Assembly: GCA_963666275.2 (NCBI GenBank) | Contig: CAXXOA010000001.1 | Location: forward strand, 1,344,001-1,408,000 | Reading direction: 5' to 3' | DNA length: 64,000 nt | Source: Oceanispirochaeta sp. | Lineage (GTDB): Bacteria; Spirochaetota; Spirochaetia; DSM-2461 | Part shown: positions 26,359 through 36,921 of the stretch, piece by piece | Position numbering within the stretch: position 1 is the first letter of the stretch | Layout of the letters: every line of letters begins with the position of its first letter | The notes under the pieces: generated by a model | The model's database searches: none | Told to the model about the DNA's origin: nothing | What the model saw: only the letters and a program-made list of their open reading frames with translations | Program-made: the position numbers and the translations under genes

Positions 26359-27150
26359 ATGAGTCAGAAGAAAGGAACCATACTCTATTTTTCCCACGGA
26401 GGAGGACCTCTGCCCATTCTGGGAGATCCGGGGCATAAAGCCATGGTCGAGTTCATGAAAAAACTTCCCGGATCGCTGGATAAACCTGATTCGGTCCTCG
26501 TTATCAGTGCCCATTGGGAGGAGCAGAACCCCACAGTCATGACCCATCCCTCTCCCTCTCTTTTCTATGACTATTACGGATTTCCCGATGAAGCCTACAC
26601 CCTGGAATATCCTGCTCCGGGCCATCCGGAACTGGCGGATAAAGTGTCAGCCCTGCTTGAAAAAGCGGGTTTCTCCGCAGGGAAAGATCCGGAACGGGGG
26701 TTTGATCACGGTCTGTTCATTCCCATGAAAATGATGTATCCCTCTGCGGATATCCCCATGACCCAGCTCTCACTGAAAAGAGGTCTGGATCCTGAAGAGC
26801 ATATTGCCCTGGGAAAAGCTCTTTCTCCTCTGCTTCAGGAGAATATTCTCATCGTTGGTTCGGGATTCTCCTTTCATAATATGCAGGCTTTTTTCAGATC
26901 CTCAGGGAAAGATCCAGCCAATGATACGTTTCAGGACTGGCTTGTGGATGTCTGTACAGGCTCCTACAGCGCGGAAGAACGGAATCAGCATCTCATATCC
27001 TGGGAAGACGCTCCCAATGCCCGTTACTGCCATCCCCGGGAGGAGCATCTGCTCCCCCTCATGACCTGTCAGGGGGCGGCCGGGACCGGAGCGGAGCTTG
27101 TATTTGACGATCTGATATTCGGCAAACGGGCTGTCGCGTTCAAGTGGTAG
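26359..27150 (+). CDS. Class III extradiol dioxygenase (DODA/YgiD-like)
   Basis: SHGGGP, VISAHW, YDYYGFP, RGFDHG, GSGFSFHN, HPREEHLLPL. Confidence 0.92.
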   Translation: MSQKKGTILYFSHGGGPLPILGDPGHKAMVEFMKKLPGSLDKPDSVLVISAHWEEQNPTVMTHPSPSLFYDYYGFPDEAYTLEYPAPGHPELADKVSALLEKAGFSAGKDPERGFDHGLFIPMKMMYPSADIPMTQLSLKRGLDPEEHIALGKALSPLLQENILIVGSGFSFHNMQAFFRSSGKDPANDTFQDWLVDVCTGSYSAEERNQHLISWEDAPNARYCHPREEHLLPLMTCQGAAGTGAELVFDDLIFGKRAVAFKW

Positions 27151-27192
27151 AATCTTGAACAGCAAAAATATCTGCATAAATATGCAATTTTA

Positions 27193-27221
27193 TTGACATA
27201 AAATTACAGCAATTCTATTAT
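27193..27221 (+). promoter_or_regulatory. Sigma70 promoter of putP
   Basis: TTGACA-N17-TATTAT. Confidence 0.7.
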
Positions 27222-27283
27222 TTTACTCTGAGCAATTATTTTAATTGATCAATATATAAATATTTACAACAAAGAGGTAAAAA

Positions 27284-28744
27284 ATGATCCTGTATGTTCA
27301 ATTTGGTTTATACCTGGTCCTCATGCTGGTAATCGGTTTTTATTCCATGAGAAAAACCAATACCAATGAAGACTTTATTATCGGAGGGAGGACCCTGGGG
27401 CCCTTTACTTCCGCTATCTCCGCCGGTGCGTCGGATATGTCCAGCTGGCTCCTTCTGGGGCTTCCCGGTGCAGTATTTGCCAGCGGTCTGGTCGAGGGAG
27501 TCTGGATCTCTGTGGGACTTTCTGTGGGTGCGTATTTCAACTGGCTCATCGTAGCGGGAAGACTCCGTTCCATGACGGAAAAGCTGGATGCCGTGACTCT
27601 TCCTTCCTTTATTGCCAGACGGTTTGATGATGAGACTCATGTTCTGAAAATCGTCTCCACCCTTGTTATCCTTTTCTTTTTTACACTCTATGTTGCTTCG
27701 GGACTCAAGGGAGGAACCCTCCTTTTTGCCCATACCTTCGGTGCCTCTGAAAAGGCAGCTCTTATCATAACAACCCTGGTTGTCGTTTCCTATACTTTTC
27801 TGGGCGGCTATATGGCTGCCTGCTGGACCGACCTGATTCAGGGGCTCCTTATGCTGGCCGCCCTTGTTTTCTGTGCTCTCCTGGGATTTTTCGCCATTGC
27901 CGGAAAGGGAGCGGATATTACTGCCGTCAATCCTGAGGCATTCCATTTTTCAACAGGCTGGATCACCGCTGTCTCTCTGATGGCCTGGGGATTCGGATAT
28001 TTCGGTCAGCCCCACATCCTGGCAAGATTCATCGGTATCAAAGATGTCAAATCTGTAAAAAGCGCCAGACGGATCGGTATTACCTGGATGGTAATCAGTC
28101 TGATTCTGGCAACGGCTATCGGTATTATCGGAATCGGATTCAACGTTCTTCAACCTCTGGAAGGAGTCGCAGGCCCCGACGGAAACAGTGAAAGAATCTT
28201 TCTGGCTCTTACAACCACACTGTTTCATCCTGTATTCGGCGGTTTTGTTCTGGCAGCTGTTCTGGCTGCGGTTATGTCCACAGCAGACTCTCAGCTTCTG
28301 GTTCTGACCTCCTCTCTCACCGAGGATATTCCTTTTATTGCCAGAATGGATGATAAGAAAAAAGAGTGGATAAGCAGAGCGGGAGTTCTCGGCTTTGCTC
28401 TCCTTGCCTTTCTGATCGCCATGAATGATTCAGGAACAATTCTGAATATGGTCGGATATGCCTGGGGCGGTTTCGGTGCCGCTTTCGGTCCTCTTGTGAT
28501 CCTGGCTGTTACCTGGAGAAAGACGACCAAATGGGGCGCCCTGGCCGGTATGATTGTGGGTTCTGTGACAATTTTCATCGTTAAGAACTATATCAGCATA
28601 GAAGGGGAGTACTTCTATGAACTCCTTCCCGGATTCATCCTGTCTCTGATTGCAACTATTGTGGTCAGTCTTCTGACAAAGGTTCCTTCCGAGGAAACTC
28701 TGAAAACATTTGATGATGTTCAGGATCTTGTAAAAACAGTCTGA
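27284..28744 (+). CDS. putP: Sodium/proline symporter
   Basis: SAGASDMSSWLLLGLPG, GYFGQPHILARF, AAVMSTADSQLL, YAWGGFGAAFGP. Confidence 0.93.
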   Translation: MILYVQFGLYLVLMLVIGFYSMRKTNTNEDFIIGGRTLGPFTSAISAGASDMSSWLLLGLPGAVFASGLVEGVWISVGLSVGAYFNWLIVAGRLRSMTEKLDAVTLPSFIARRFDDETHVLKIVSTLVILFFFTLYVASGLKGGTLLFAHTFGASEKAALIITTLVVVSYTFLGGYMAACWTDLIQGLLMLAALVFCALLGFFAIAGKGADITAVNPEAFHFSTGWITAVSLMAWGFGYFGQPHILARFIGIKDVKSVKSARRIGITWMVISLILATAIGIIGIGFNVLQPLEGVAGPDGNSERIFLALTTTLFHPVFGGFVLAAVLAAVMSTADSQLLVLTSSLTEDIPFIARMDDKKKEWISRAGVLGFALLAFLIAMNDSGTILNMVGYAWGGFGAAFGPLVILAVTWRKTTKWGALAGMIVGSVTIFIVKNYISIEGEYFYELLPGFILSLIATIVVSLLTKVPSEETLKTFDDVQDLVKTV

Positions 28745-28759
28745 TTGACAAATGATAAT

Positions 28760-28796
28760 AAAAAGAAGGAAACCTCTCATGGTTTCCTTTTTTTTA
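28760..28796. terminator. Intrinsic terminator after putP
   Basis: AAGGAAACC-TCTCAT-GGTTTCCTT followed by a T run. Confidence 0.85.
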
Positions 28797-28809
28797 TCCA
28801 GAGATTTTC

Positions 28810-28929
28810 TCAGACTTTGAACTTTTCCGTATCTTCATGAATTTTTCTGAAGCCGTCCAGGAAGTTGTGATTCATCTCTGTGATAGACTCCATCGCTTTG
28901 AGGATTTCATCCGTACCGGCTGATACTCC
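28810..28929 (-). pseudogene. C-terminal remnant of a methyl-accepting chemotaxis protein
   Basis: Translates GVSAGTDEILKAMESITEMNHNFLDGFRKIHEDTEKFKV*, preceded by an in-frame TAA. Confidence 0.55.
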
Positions 28930-29031
28930 TTATAGCCTCTCAAGGGGATGCTTTCTAAAGGACCGGCAGAGACGCTGTTTTTATAAAAATGAATTGAGTT
29001 TCATGAAGAAGCCGGATCGGGGCGAATGCTC

Positions 29032-30456
29032 CTAACCGCGGCAGCAGCGGTTCCGTCCGCTTCTTTTGGCCTCATAGAGGCCTTTATCCGCCCTTGTAAG
29101 AAGGCGGCTGATCCTCTCTCCAGGGGCGGGAATGCAGCAGTGAATCCCGAAACTGGCTGTAATGGACTCGCCTGTTTCGGGATGTACTGTTGTCTCCAGC
29201 CTGGTCCGGACCCTTTCGGCGGCTTTGAGGGCATCAGAGTATTCGGTATCCGGCATTATCAGGACAAACTCTTCTCCGCCGTAACGGGCCAGAAGATCTA
29301 TGGAGCGGATCTCTCTGGAGCAGATATCGGCGACCCTTCGGAGTATCCTGTCTCCTACGGGGTGACCGAAGCGGTCGTTGACTATCTTGAAATGATCAAT
29401 ATCCAGAATGATAACAGCAAGTTCCCTTTTCGACCGGATTGCCGCTTCCAGAAGTATCCGTCCCTCCATCTGGAACCGGTGCCGGTTGCCAATCCCTGTA
29501 AGGGCATCCTTCATGGCCATTTTAAATGCTTTTTCATGGAGCATGGCATTTTCCAGAGCGATGGAAATGTGGTTTCCTATGGTCCCGGCCAGCTCCAGAT
29601 GATGCCTGGTAAAGGCATTTTTATCATATCCGTCCAGAGCAAGAAGACCCAGGATCTCTCCATGGCTGATAAGGGGGATACCTATCCAGGATTGGATTTT
29701 CTCCCCGTTGGCAGGCTGAATGAAGGAAGGAAAATCCTTTTCTATATCACTGGAGCGGATCGGCTTCTGTTCTTCCAGGGCTTTTGTGCTCAAACTCCCT
29801 TCCTGAGGATAGGGAAAGGTTAAACTGCAAATATCGCTGTTGTCAGGAAAGCCGGCTGCTCCGGAGACTTTCAGGGTATTCCCTCTGAGAAGCTGAACCG
29901 TTCCGGTCCGGTAGGGGATGATCCTGCTGGTTTCCTGCAGAATCCTGTCCACAGTTTCTTCCACATCAAGAGAGGAGCTGATAATGGAGGATATCTGTCG
30001 GATTGTCTCCACCTCGTTAAATCGCTCCTGTTCTTTTTTTATGCTCTGACGCAGGTTCTCTTCAGTCTCCTTCAGATCTGAGATATCCGAGTCGGAGCCA
30101 ATAAACAGGATCGGTTTGCCCTCTGTATCGGAAAAGACAGTTTTTCCGTAGGAGTGAATCCAGCGGGACTCCCCATCCGGTTTTTCTATACGGTAGATTT
30201 CGTGCAGAACAGAGTCTTTTCCCTCTGAAATCTCTATCAGTTTTTTTCGGATTTTATCCCGGTCATCAGGATGAATGTACTGAAGAAAACCCTTTTCAGG
30301 TTGGTTAATGTCGAACTTGTCGGGCATCTTATCCCATATGATGCTGCTCAGAGTTTCCCCTGTCACATAATTGCTTATATAAATTCCGATATCGGAAAGA
30401 GCTTTCAGAATTTTTTTGTCCTGGATGGAAACGTTGCCAAATAATTTGTCAGACAT
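29032..30456 (-). CDS. PAS-GAF-GGDEF diguanylate cyclase
   Basis: IHPDDR (PAS), SWIGIPL (GAF), DALTG, DIDHFK..ND.FGH, RYGGEEF; I-site RSID. Confidence 0.93.
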   Translation of the reverse strand: MSDKLFGNVSIQDKKILKALSDIGIYISNYVTGETLSSIIWDKMPDKFDINQPEKGFLQYIHPDDRDKIRKKLIEISEGKDSVLHEIYRIEKPDGESRWIHSYGKTVFSDTEGKPILFIGSDSDISDLKETEENLRQSIKKEQERFNEVETIRQISSIISSSLDVEETVDRILQETSRIIPYRTGTVQLLRGNTLKVSGAAGFPDNSDICSLTFPYPQEGSLSTKALEEQKPIRSSDIEKDFPSFIQPANGEKIQSWIGIPLISHGEILGLLALDGYDKNAFTRHHLELAGTIGNHISIALENAMLHEKAFKMAMKDALTGIGNRHRFQMEGRILLEAAIRSKRELAVIILDIDHFKIVNDRFGHPVGDRILRRVADICSREIRSIDLLARYGGEEFVLIMPDTEYSDALKAAERVRTRLETTVHPETGESITASFGIHCCIPAPGERISRLLTRADKGLYEAKRSGRNRCCRG

Positions 30457-30540
30457 TTATTATTACCTGTTGTTTCCTATCATACAGGTCATTGGCGGAT
30501 TTAACAATAATTATTCTGTATTCAGATTGAAAGGTTATAT

Positions 30541-30578
30541 AAAAAAACAGCCGGATCAACCAACGGAAGATCCGGCCC
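30541..30578 (-). terminator. Terminator of the hyd-nfn operon
   Basis: GCCGGATC...GATCCGGC stem with a minus-strand T tail. Confidence 0.75.
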
Positions 30579-30628
30579 AAATCAATAATTTTATATAGAA
30601 GTTCCCAATGAATACCGGTAACTGCTAT

Positions 30629-32128
30629 TTATATCTTTGAAAGGTACTCATCAATACCTTTTGCGGCAACTCGCCCGTCACCCATGGCAAGGATCACTGT
30701 GGCGGCTCCCTGAACAATATCTCCCCCGGCAAAAACACCCGGTATGGATGTCATTCCTCTGTCATTAACAAGTATATTACCCCACTTATTAATTGCAAGG
30801 TCAGGCGTTGTTCCCGTAACCAGGGGATTGGAGCTGTTGCCCAGTGCGGTAATGCAGGTATCAATCTCCATGACAAACTCGCTGCCTTTCACTGGTTCCG
30901 GACGGGCCCTTCCCGAATCATCCTGTTCTCCCAGCTTATATTTCAGGCATTCTATCCCTTTCACACAGCCTTTTTCATCTCCCAGAATGCGAACAGGATT
31001 GGTAAGCTCATCAAAAATGATCCCTTCCTCTTTGGCATGATGGATCTCCTCGGCTCTGGCGGGCATCTCTTTTTCGGTCCTTCTGTAGACAATATGAACC
31101 TCTTCCGCACCAAGCCTCAGGGCTGTCCGGGCCGCATCCATCGCCACATTGCCTCCGCCGAAAACAGCCACTTTCCGGGAGTGATAGATGGGGGTCATCG
31201 CATTGCCCCTGTCGTAGGCTTTCATGAGATTGGCTCTGGTCAGGTACTCATTGGCTGAGAACACACCCACCAGGTTTTCCCCTTCAATATTCATAAACTT
31301 GGGGAGTCCCGCGCCGTTGGCCACATAGACAGCATGAAACCCCTGTTTTTCCATCAGTTCTTTAATCGTTGCCGTCCGTCCGATCAGGTAATCATAGACG
31401 AATTTTACACCCATCTTTTCAAGCTTTTCCACTTCGAGCTGAACGATGGACTTGGGCAGTCTGAATTCGGGGATTCCGTATACAGTCACGCCTCCGGCTT
31501 TATGAAAGGCTTCAAATATGGTCACGTCATGACCCATTCTGGCCAGATCCGCCGCCGTGGTCAGACCGGAAGGCCCGCTTCCCACAATAGCGACTTTCTT
31601 ACCTGTAGCGGGTTTTTTATCCACAGTGCTGACAGAGTTGGTTCCTCTGTCCGCCAGAAATCTTTCCAGACGGCCGATGGCTACGGACTGCATGGGATCT
31701 TTCTTTATTTTTCCCACAGTACACTGTTCCATGCACTGCTTCTCCTGGGGACAGACCCTTCCGCAGATAGCCGGAAGCATGCTGCTCTCCTGAATGATTC
31801 CCAGAGCTTCGTCGAACTTGCCTCTGGCAGTTGCACAGACAAAAGCCGGAATATCTATATTGACAGGGCAACCTTTGACACAGGGGGCATTTTTACATTC
31901 CAGACAGCGGCTGGCCTCCAGAATCGCCTGTCCTTCCGAGTAGCCGAGGGCTACTTCGCTCATATTCCTGCCCCGGGCAACAGGGTCCTGGGCCGGCATC
32001 TCCTGCTGGGGGATGGACGTTCTGTCTTTAGGTTTCAGCCCGGACAATCCTTCCGGCAGATTCAGATCCCGGATAAGAGTCTCCGCTTCTTCTACAAGTA
32101 TTTCAGGTTCTTTATAGGCAATCATCAA
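30629..32128 (-). CDS. nfnB: NfnB/SudA (GltD-like) large subunit of electron-bifurcating transhydrogenase
   Basis: EASRCLECKNAPC..GCP, CGRVCPQE.QC, GSGPSG, GGGNVAMDAAR; coupled to nfnA. Confidence 0.88.
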   Translation of the reverse strand: MMIAYKEPEILVEEAETLIRDLNLPEGLSGLKPKDRTSIPQQEMPAQDPVARGRNMSEVALGYSEGQAILEASRCLECKNAPCVKGCPVNIDIPAFVCATARGKFDEALGIIQESSMLPAICGRVCPQEKQCMEQCTVGKIKKDPMQSVAIGRLERFLADRGTNSVSTVDKKPATGKKVAIVGSGPSGLTTAADLARMGHDVTIFEAFHKAGGVTVYGIPEFRLPKSIVQLEVEKLEKMGVKFVYDYLIGRTATIKELMEKQGFHAVYVANGAGLPKFMNIEGENLVGVFSANEYLTRANLMKAYDRGNAMTPIYHSRKVAVFGGGNVAMDAARTALRLGAEEVHIVYRRTEKEMPARAEEIHHAKEEGIIFDELTNPVRILGDEKGCVKGIECLKYKLGEQDDSGRARPEPVKGSEFVMEIDTCITALGNSSNPLVTGTTPDLAINKWGNILVNDRGMTSIPGVFAGGDIVQGAATVILAMGDGRVAAKGIDEYLSKI

Positions 32129-32985
32129 AGGGCTCCTGTCTGTAAGAGTTTTCCTGCTGCCGCATCCATCCGGCAGCGGTGATCAAGTTCATGATCCGTG
32201 TAGGATTTCATACGGGTCATCATGGAATCAAAATCCACAAGATGTCCGTCAAACTCAGGGCCGTCCACGCAGACGAATTTTGTGTCTTCTCCCACGGTCA
32301 CACGGCAGCCTCCGCACATACCGGTTCCGTCAACCATAATGGTATTCAGAGATACCACGGTGGGGACTTTAAAAGGACGGGTGGTCTCACTGCAGAACTT
32401 CATCATAATCGGAGGGCCGATGGCTACCACTTCCGCAGGAGGATTGTCAGAGCCGCAGATCTCTTTCAGAGGTTCCGTAACCAGGGCTTTCCGGCCACGG
32501 CTTCCGTCGTCTGTACAAATGATCAGTTCGTCCGACAGGGCCGTCATTTTATCTTCCAGTATAAGAAGATCCTCATTCCGGGCGCCCATTATGGTAATGA
32601 CTCTGTTTCCCGCCTTTTTGAAGGCTTCCACAATAGGGTGGAGGGGGGCAACACCGATACCGCCGCCCACGCACACCACAGGAGCGTCATATTTCTGAAT
32701 ATGCGTCGGGGCTCCCAGAGGGCCCAGGAGGTGGGCAATCTCTTCACCTTCAGTTTTCCGGCTCAGCTGCAGGGTAGACCCCCCTACAGCCTGAAAAATA
32801 ATGGTGATGGTTCCTTTTGCCTCATCTGCATCGGCTATGGTCAGAGGGATTCTCTCTGCCAGATCATCGTCCAGCATGACAATCACAAACTGTCCCGCCT
32901 GCCGTGACGAGGCTATATGGGGGGCGGCAATTTCCATCTGAAAAACATCAGAAGACAATTGAATCTTTTTGACAATCCGGTTCAC
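32125..32985 (-). CDS. nfnA: NfnA/SudB small subunit
   Basis: ERIPLTIAD, GPLG, GGGIG, MVDGTGMCGGCRV...CVDGPEFD. Confidence 0.9.
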   Translation of the reverse strand: MNRIVKKIQLSSDVFQMEIAAPHIASSRQAGQFVIVMLDDDLAERIPLTIADADEAKGTITIIFQAVGGSTLQLSRKTEGEEIAHLLGPLGAPTHIQKYDAPVVCVGGGIGVAPLHPIVEAFKKAGNRVITIMGARNEDLLILEDKMTALSDELIICTDDGSRGRKALVTEPLKEICGSDNPPAEVVAIGPPIMMKFCSETTRPFKVPTVVSLNTIMVDGTGMCGGCRVTVGEDTKFVCVDGPEFDGHLVDFDSMMTRMKSYTDHELDHRCRMDAAAGKLLQTGAL

Positions 32986-35012
32986 TTTGAAACTCCTGCC
33001 GTCTCTTTTATCCCCAGCAGAGATTCCACTTCTTTAACAACCTCTTCCATTGATGTTTTATGGAGTTTCTTCTCTCCGACAGTTACGGTGGGACCATGGC
33101 TGCAGTTTTCACTGCAGAAGGTCGCTTTTACAGACAGTCTCTCTTTCCAGCCTTCTCTTTCCACAAGGGAGTTCATTCCGGAAAGGATCTCCTGAGACCC
33201 TTTGAGAAAGCAGCTTGTTCCCACACAGACATTGACTTCCACAGGAGCCTCATGGGCTGTTTCTGTCAGGGCCAGATGATCATGATCGATCCTTTTACGG
33301 CTCTGGTAGCTTGTATGGACCATATCATGGGCTTCGTGACTCCCTGTTTTGTTCCCCAGCATCTTTTCATAAATCCTCTGAATGTAGGGATTGTCTTCGG
33401 GGGAGTGAATGGGAGAAATCCTTCCGGCGTCTTTCAGGGCCGCAGTCCGTTTGGCTATGACTTTGCTGTCGTAGGTGACGGGCTGTCCCCCTCCGGCAAC
33501 ACAGCCTCCCGGACAGGCCATAACTTCCACAATATCGTATTCCACTTCACCGGCCTGGATCTTTTCAATAAGCCTTTCCGCATCTTTCATCCCCGCTGCC
33601 ACGGCCATCCTGAGTTTCAGATCTCCCTCTTCGATAATGATCTCTTTCCAGCTGGGATCATCTTCGTAGGGCACAGGATCGAAGGATTTCAGTTCTTTGC
33701 CGTTGATGGTTCTGGCGGCATACCGGGCGACCGCTTCGGAGACCCCCTGGGTGCTTCCGAATCCCAGTCCCGCTTCCGAATAGAGTCCGAAGGGCAGATC
33801 TGCAGCGGCCGGAGCCAGTTCTTCAAAGACAATTCCCGCTTCTTTTATCATTTTTCCCAGTTCCTGGGTTGTCAGGACATAGTCCACATTGGGAACACCG
33901 TCCCGGCTCAGCTCGGGTCTCTCTTTTTCATACTTCTTGGCTGTACAGGGCATGATGGATACCATAACCACATCGCTTTCCGGAATCTCACAGGTCTGGC
34001 TCAGCAGTTTTTTGCCCAGTGACCCTACCATTCCCTGAGGAGACATACAGGTGGAGAGCTGAGGAAGCAGTTCCGGATGAAAATGCTCGGCATATTTGAC
34101 CCATCCGGGGCAGCAGGAGGTAAACATGGGGCCTTTCATCCCTGATTTTTTCCGTTCCAGAAACTCATTTGTCTCTTCAAGCACAGTCAGATCCGCACCG
34201 AAAGAGGTATCGTACACCTCTTTGAATCCCAACATTCTCAGGGCATTCATGATTTTTCCTACAGTCACAGCCGATTCGGGAAGGTTGAACATCTCTCCGA
34301 TGGAGGAGCGGATCGCCGGAGCAATCTGAGCTACAACAGTCTTTTTCTCATTTCCCAGAGCGTCCCATACCTGACTGACTTCGCTGCGGGGCATGATGGC
34401 ACCGGTGGGACAGACCGCGGCACACTGACCGCAGTTGATACAGTCTACCTGTCCGAGGCTTTTATTGAAGGCGGGAGTGACAACCACATCTTCGCCTCTG
34501 TAGGCAAAGTCAATGGCGCCGACGCCCTGAATCTCATGACAGTAGCGGACACAGTCTCCACAGAGCACGCACTTGTCGGGATGACGGACCAGGCTGGGTG
34601 AGAGGAGGTCCGGTTTCCGGGGTTCCCTTGTTTTTTTGTAGGGAATCCTTGTGACACCCAGAGAGGACGCCAGCTCTTTGAGCTTACAGGCAGAAGACTT
34701 TTCACAGGTAGTACAGCTGTTGTCATGATTGGCTAGAAGGAGCTCAATCAGATTTTTCCGCATTTTCCTCAGTTTCGGAGTGTGAGTTTTAATCACCATC
34801 CCGTCTCTGGGAGGGGTGGAACAGCTTGTATCGATGCCTTTTCCTTCTATATCCACAATACAGAGCCGGCAGGCGCCGTAGACACTCAATTCGGAGTGAT
34901 AGCAGAATGTGGGCATTTCGATACCCGCTTTGCGGATGACTGACAGAAGGTTTTTTTCTCCTTCCAGGGGGACGGCATTGCCGTTTATTGTAATAGTTCC
35001 TTGCTTGTTCAT
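32982..35012 (-). CDS. hydA: [FeFe]-hydrogenase catalytic subunit with C-terminal thioredoxin-like 2Fe-2S domain
   Basis: H-cluster motifs TSCCPGW, MPCTAKKYE, EVMACPGGC..GGGQP; N-terminal FeS motifs; C-terminal CVGTSC...CSENC. Confidence 0.92.
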   Translation of the reverse strand: MNKQGTITINGNAVPLEGEKNLLSVIRKAGIEMPTFCYHSELSVYGACRLCIVDIEGKGIDTSCSTPPRDGMVIKTHTPKLRKMRKNLIELLLANHDNSCTTCEKSSACKLKELASSLGVTRIPYKKTREPRKPDLLSPSLVRHPDKCVLCGDCVRYCHEIQGVGAIDFAYRGEDVVVTPAFNKSLGQVDCINCGQCAAVCPTGAIMPRSEVSQVWDALGNEKKTVVAQIAPAIRSSIGEMFNLPESAVTVGKIMNALRMLGFKEVYDTSFGADLTVLEETNEFLERKKSGMKGPMFTSCCPGWVKYAEHFHPELLPQLSTCMSPQGMVGSLGKKLLSQTCEIPESDVVMVSIMPCTAKKYEKERPELSRDGVPNVDYVLTTQELGKMIKEAGIVFEELAPAAADLPFGLYSEAGLGFGSTQGVSEAVARYAARTINGKELKSFDPVPYEDDPSWKEIIIEEGDLKLRMAVAAGMKDAERLIEKIQAGEVEYDIVEVMACPGGCVAGGGQPVTYDSKVIAKRTAALKDAGRISPIHSPEDNPYIQRIYEKMLGNKTGSHEAHDMVHTSYQSRKRIDHDHLALTETAHEAPVEVNVCVGTSCFLKGSQEILSGMNSLVEREGWKERLSVKATFCSENCSHGPTVTVGEKKLHKTSMEEVVKEVESLLGIKETAGVSK

Positions 35013-36916
35013 TCGTTTCCTCCAAAACTGATGGCATCAAAACGGCAGGTATCCACACAGGCACCGCAGCTGATACATTTCTCTTCATCAATCACGTGAG
35101 CTTCTTTTCTCTCTCCCGAGATGGCTCCCACAGGGCAGACTCTGGCACAGGCGGTACAGCCCTTACAGGCCTCCGCAATGATGCTGTAGCTCACCAGATC
35201 CTTGCAGTTTCCGGTGGGACAGGTCCTATCCTCCACATGGGCTACCCACTCGTCCCAGAACTCTTTCATGGTACTGAGAACAGGGGAGGGCGCGGATTTT
35301 CCGAGTCCGCAGAGGGAGGATTCCTGAACGGTTTCGCACAGTTCCTTCAGCAGATCCAGGGTTTCCATAGTTCCCCGGCCCTGGGCAACGTCGTCGATCA
35401 GTTCCAGGATCTGCCTGGTACCTTCCCGGCAGGGAACGCACTTCCCGCAGCTTTCAGACTGGGTGAACTTCATAAAAAACCGGGCAATCTGGATCATACA
35501 GGTGCTTTTGTTCATCACAACAAGCCCGCCGGAGCCGACCATGGCGCCTACTGATTTAAGAGAGTCGAAGTCCAGGGGAATATCCAGATGTTCTTCTGTC
35601 AGACAGCCTCCCGAAGGACCGCCTATCTGGACAGCTTTGAATTCGCTGTTATCAATTTTTCCTTTGCTGTTGAGAACACCGCCGCCGATGTTGAAAATGA
35701 TTTCCCTCAGGGTCGTCCCGAAAGGAACTTCGATCAGTCCCGTATTGGCCACATGGCCTGTCAGGGCAAAGGTCTTGGTTCCCGGAGATCCGGCGGTTCC
35801 TGTCTTTTTATAGGCGTCTTCCCCCATGCGGATGATAAGAGGAACACAGGCCAGGGTTTCCACGTTGTTTACAACCGTGGGTTTTCCCCAGAGACCTTTC
35901 TCCGCTGTCCGGGGCGGTTTGACCCGGGGCATTCCCCGGCGTCCCATGATACTTTCGGTCATGGCGCTGGCTTCCCCGCAGACAAAGGCTCCGGCACCTT
36001 CCATAACAAAAATGTCAAAACTGAAATCAGAACCGAAAATATTTTTTCCCAGAAAGTTTTTGGCTCTGGCTTCGATTATGGCTTTATTGATGCGCTCAAC
36101 CGCCAGGGGATACTCCATTCTCACATAGATCTGGCCTTCCGTACCGCCGCAGGCTTTGGCCGCAATGATCATACCCTCCAGGACACTGTGGGGATTTCCC
36201 TCCATAACAGATCTGTCCATAAAGGCTCCGGGGTCGCCCTCGTCACCATTACAGATGATATACTTGGCATCGCTTTCCTGGCGGAGAGCCAGTTCCCATT
36301 TACGTCCGGTGGCAAAACCGCCGCCGCCGCGGCCTCTCAGTCCGGCTTCTTTGATTTTGTCACAGACTTCCTGGGGTGTATTGTTCAGAACAACCTGACG
36401 GGCTCCCTCATAACCGCCGTCGGCGATGTAGTCGGAGATATCTTCAGGGTCAATATTGCCGCAGCCTTTCAGTACTGTACGGGCCTGTCTTTTGTAAAAG
36501 GGTATTTCATCATGATTCCGGCAGGTATCGCCGTTTGCCGGGTTTTTATAGAGGAGGTCTTCCAGAACTTCCCCTTTCATAATGGTTTTTTCAATTATAT
36601 CCTGAGCATTTTCAGGTTTTACTTTGATATAGAGGATCTGTTCGGGTTCAATGGTCACCAGGGGACCGACCTGACAGAATCCCTGGCATCCGCTCTTGCT
36701 GAGAAGTACGGAACCTTCCCGGGGGGGCTCTTCTTCCTTCAGGGTCAGGGTCAGAGGAATGTTATTCTCTGTGATATATCGGCTCAAAGCCTCATGGACT
36801 TCCATGGCACCGTTGGCAATGCAGCCTGTACCGGCACAGATCACAATCCTGTGAGCCAGGGCGGCTTTTTTGTTTTTATATTCTTCTACGACTTTTTCCA
36901 GAATAGCAGTTTCCAT
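35009..36916 (-). CDS. hydB: HydB (NuoF-like NAD/FMN subunit)
   Basis: GLRGRGGGGF, CNGDEGDPGAFMDR, ESCGKCVPCREG, C-terminal 2x[4Fe-4S]. Confidence 0.92.
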   Translation of the reverse strand: METAILEKVVEEYKNKKAALAHRIVICAGTGCIANGAMEVHEALSRYITENNIPLTLTLKEEEPPREGSVLLSKSGCQGFCQVGPLVTIEPEQILYIKVKPENAQDIIEKTIMKGEVLEDLLYKNPANGDTCRNHDEIPFYKRQARTVLKGCGNIDPEDISDYIADGGYEGARQVVLNNTPQEVCDKIKEAGLRGRGGGGFATGRKWELALRQESDAKYIICNGDEGDPGAFMDRSVMEGNPHSVLEGMIIAAKACGGTEGQIYVRMEYPLAVERINKAIIEARAKNFLGKNIFGSDFSFDIFVMEGAGAFVCGEASAMTESIMGRRGMPRVKPPRTAEKGLWGKPTVVNNVETLACVPLIIRMGEDAYKKTGTAGSPGTKTFALTGHVANTGLIEVPFGTTLREIIFNIGGGVLNSKGKIDNSEFKAVQIGGPSGGCLTEEHLDIPLDFDSLKSVGAMVGSGGLVVMNKSTCMIQIARFFMKFTQSESCGKCVPCREGTRQILELIDDVAQGRGTMETLDLLKELCETVQESSLCGLGKSAPSPVLSTMKEFWDEWVAHVEDRTCPTGNCKDLVSYSIIAEACKGCTACARVCPVGAISGERKEAHVIDEEKCISCGACVDTCRFDAISFGGNE

Positions 36917-36921
36917 CCTTC

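Noticed and set aside
30629..32128. Glutamate synthase small subunit gltD
   Set aside because: No gltB; coupled to an NfnA/SudB-type gene
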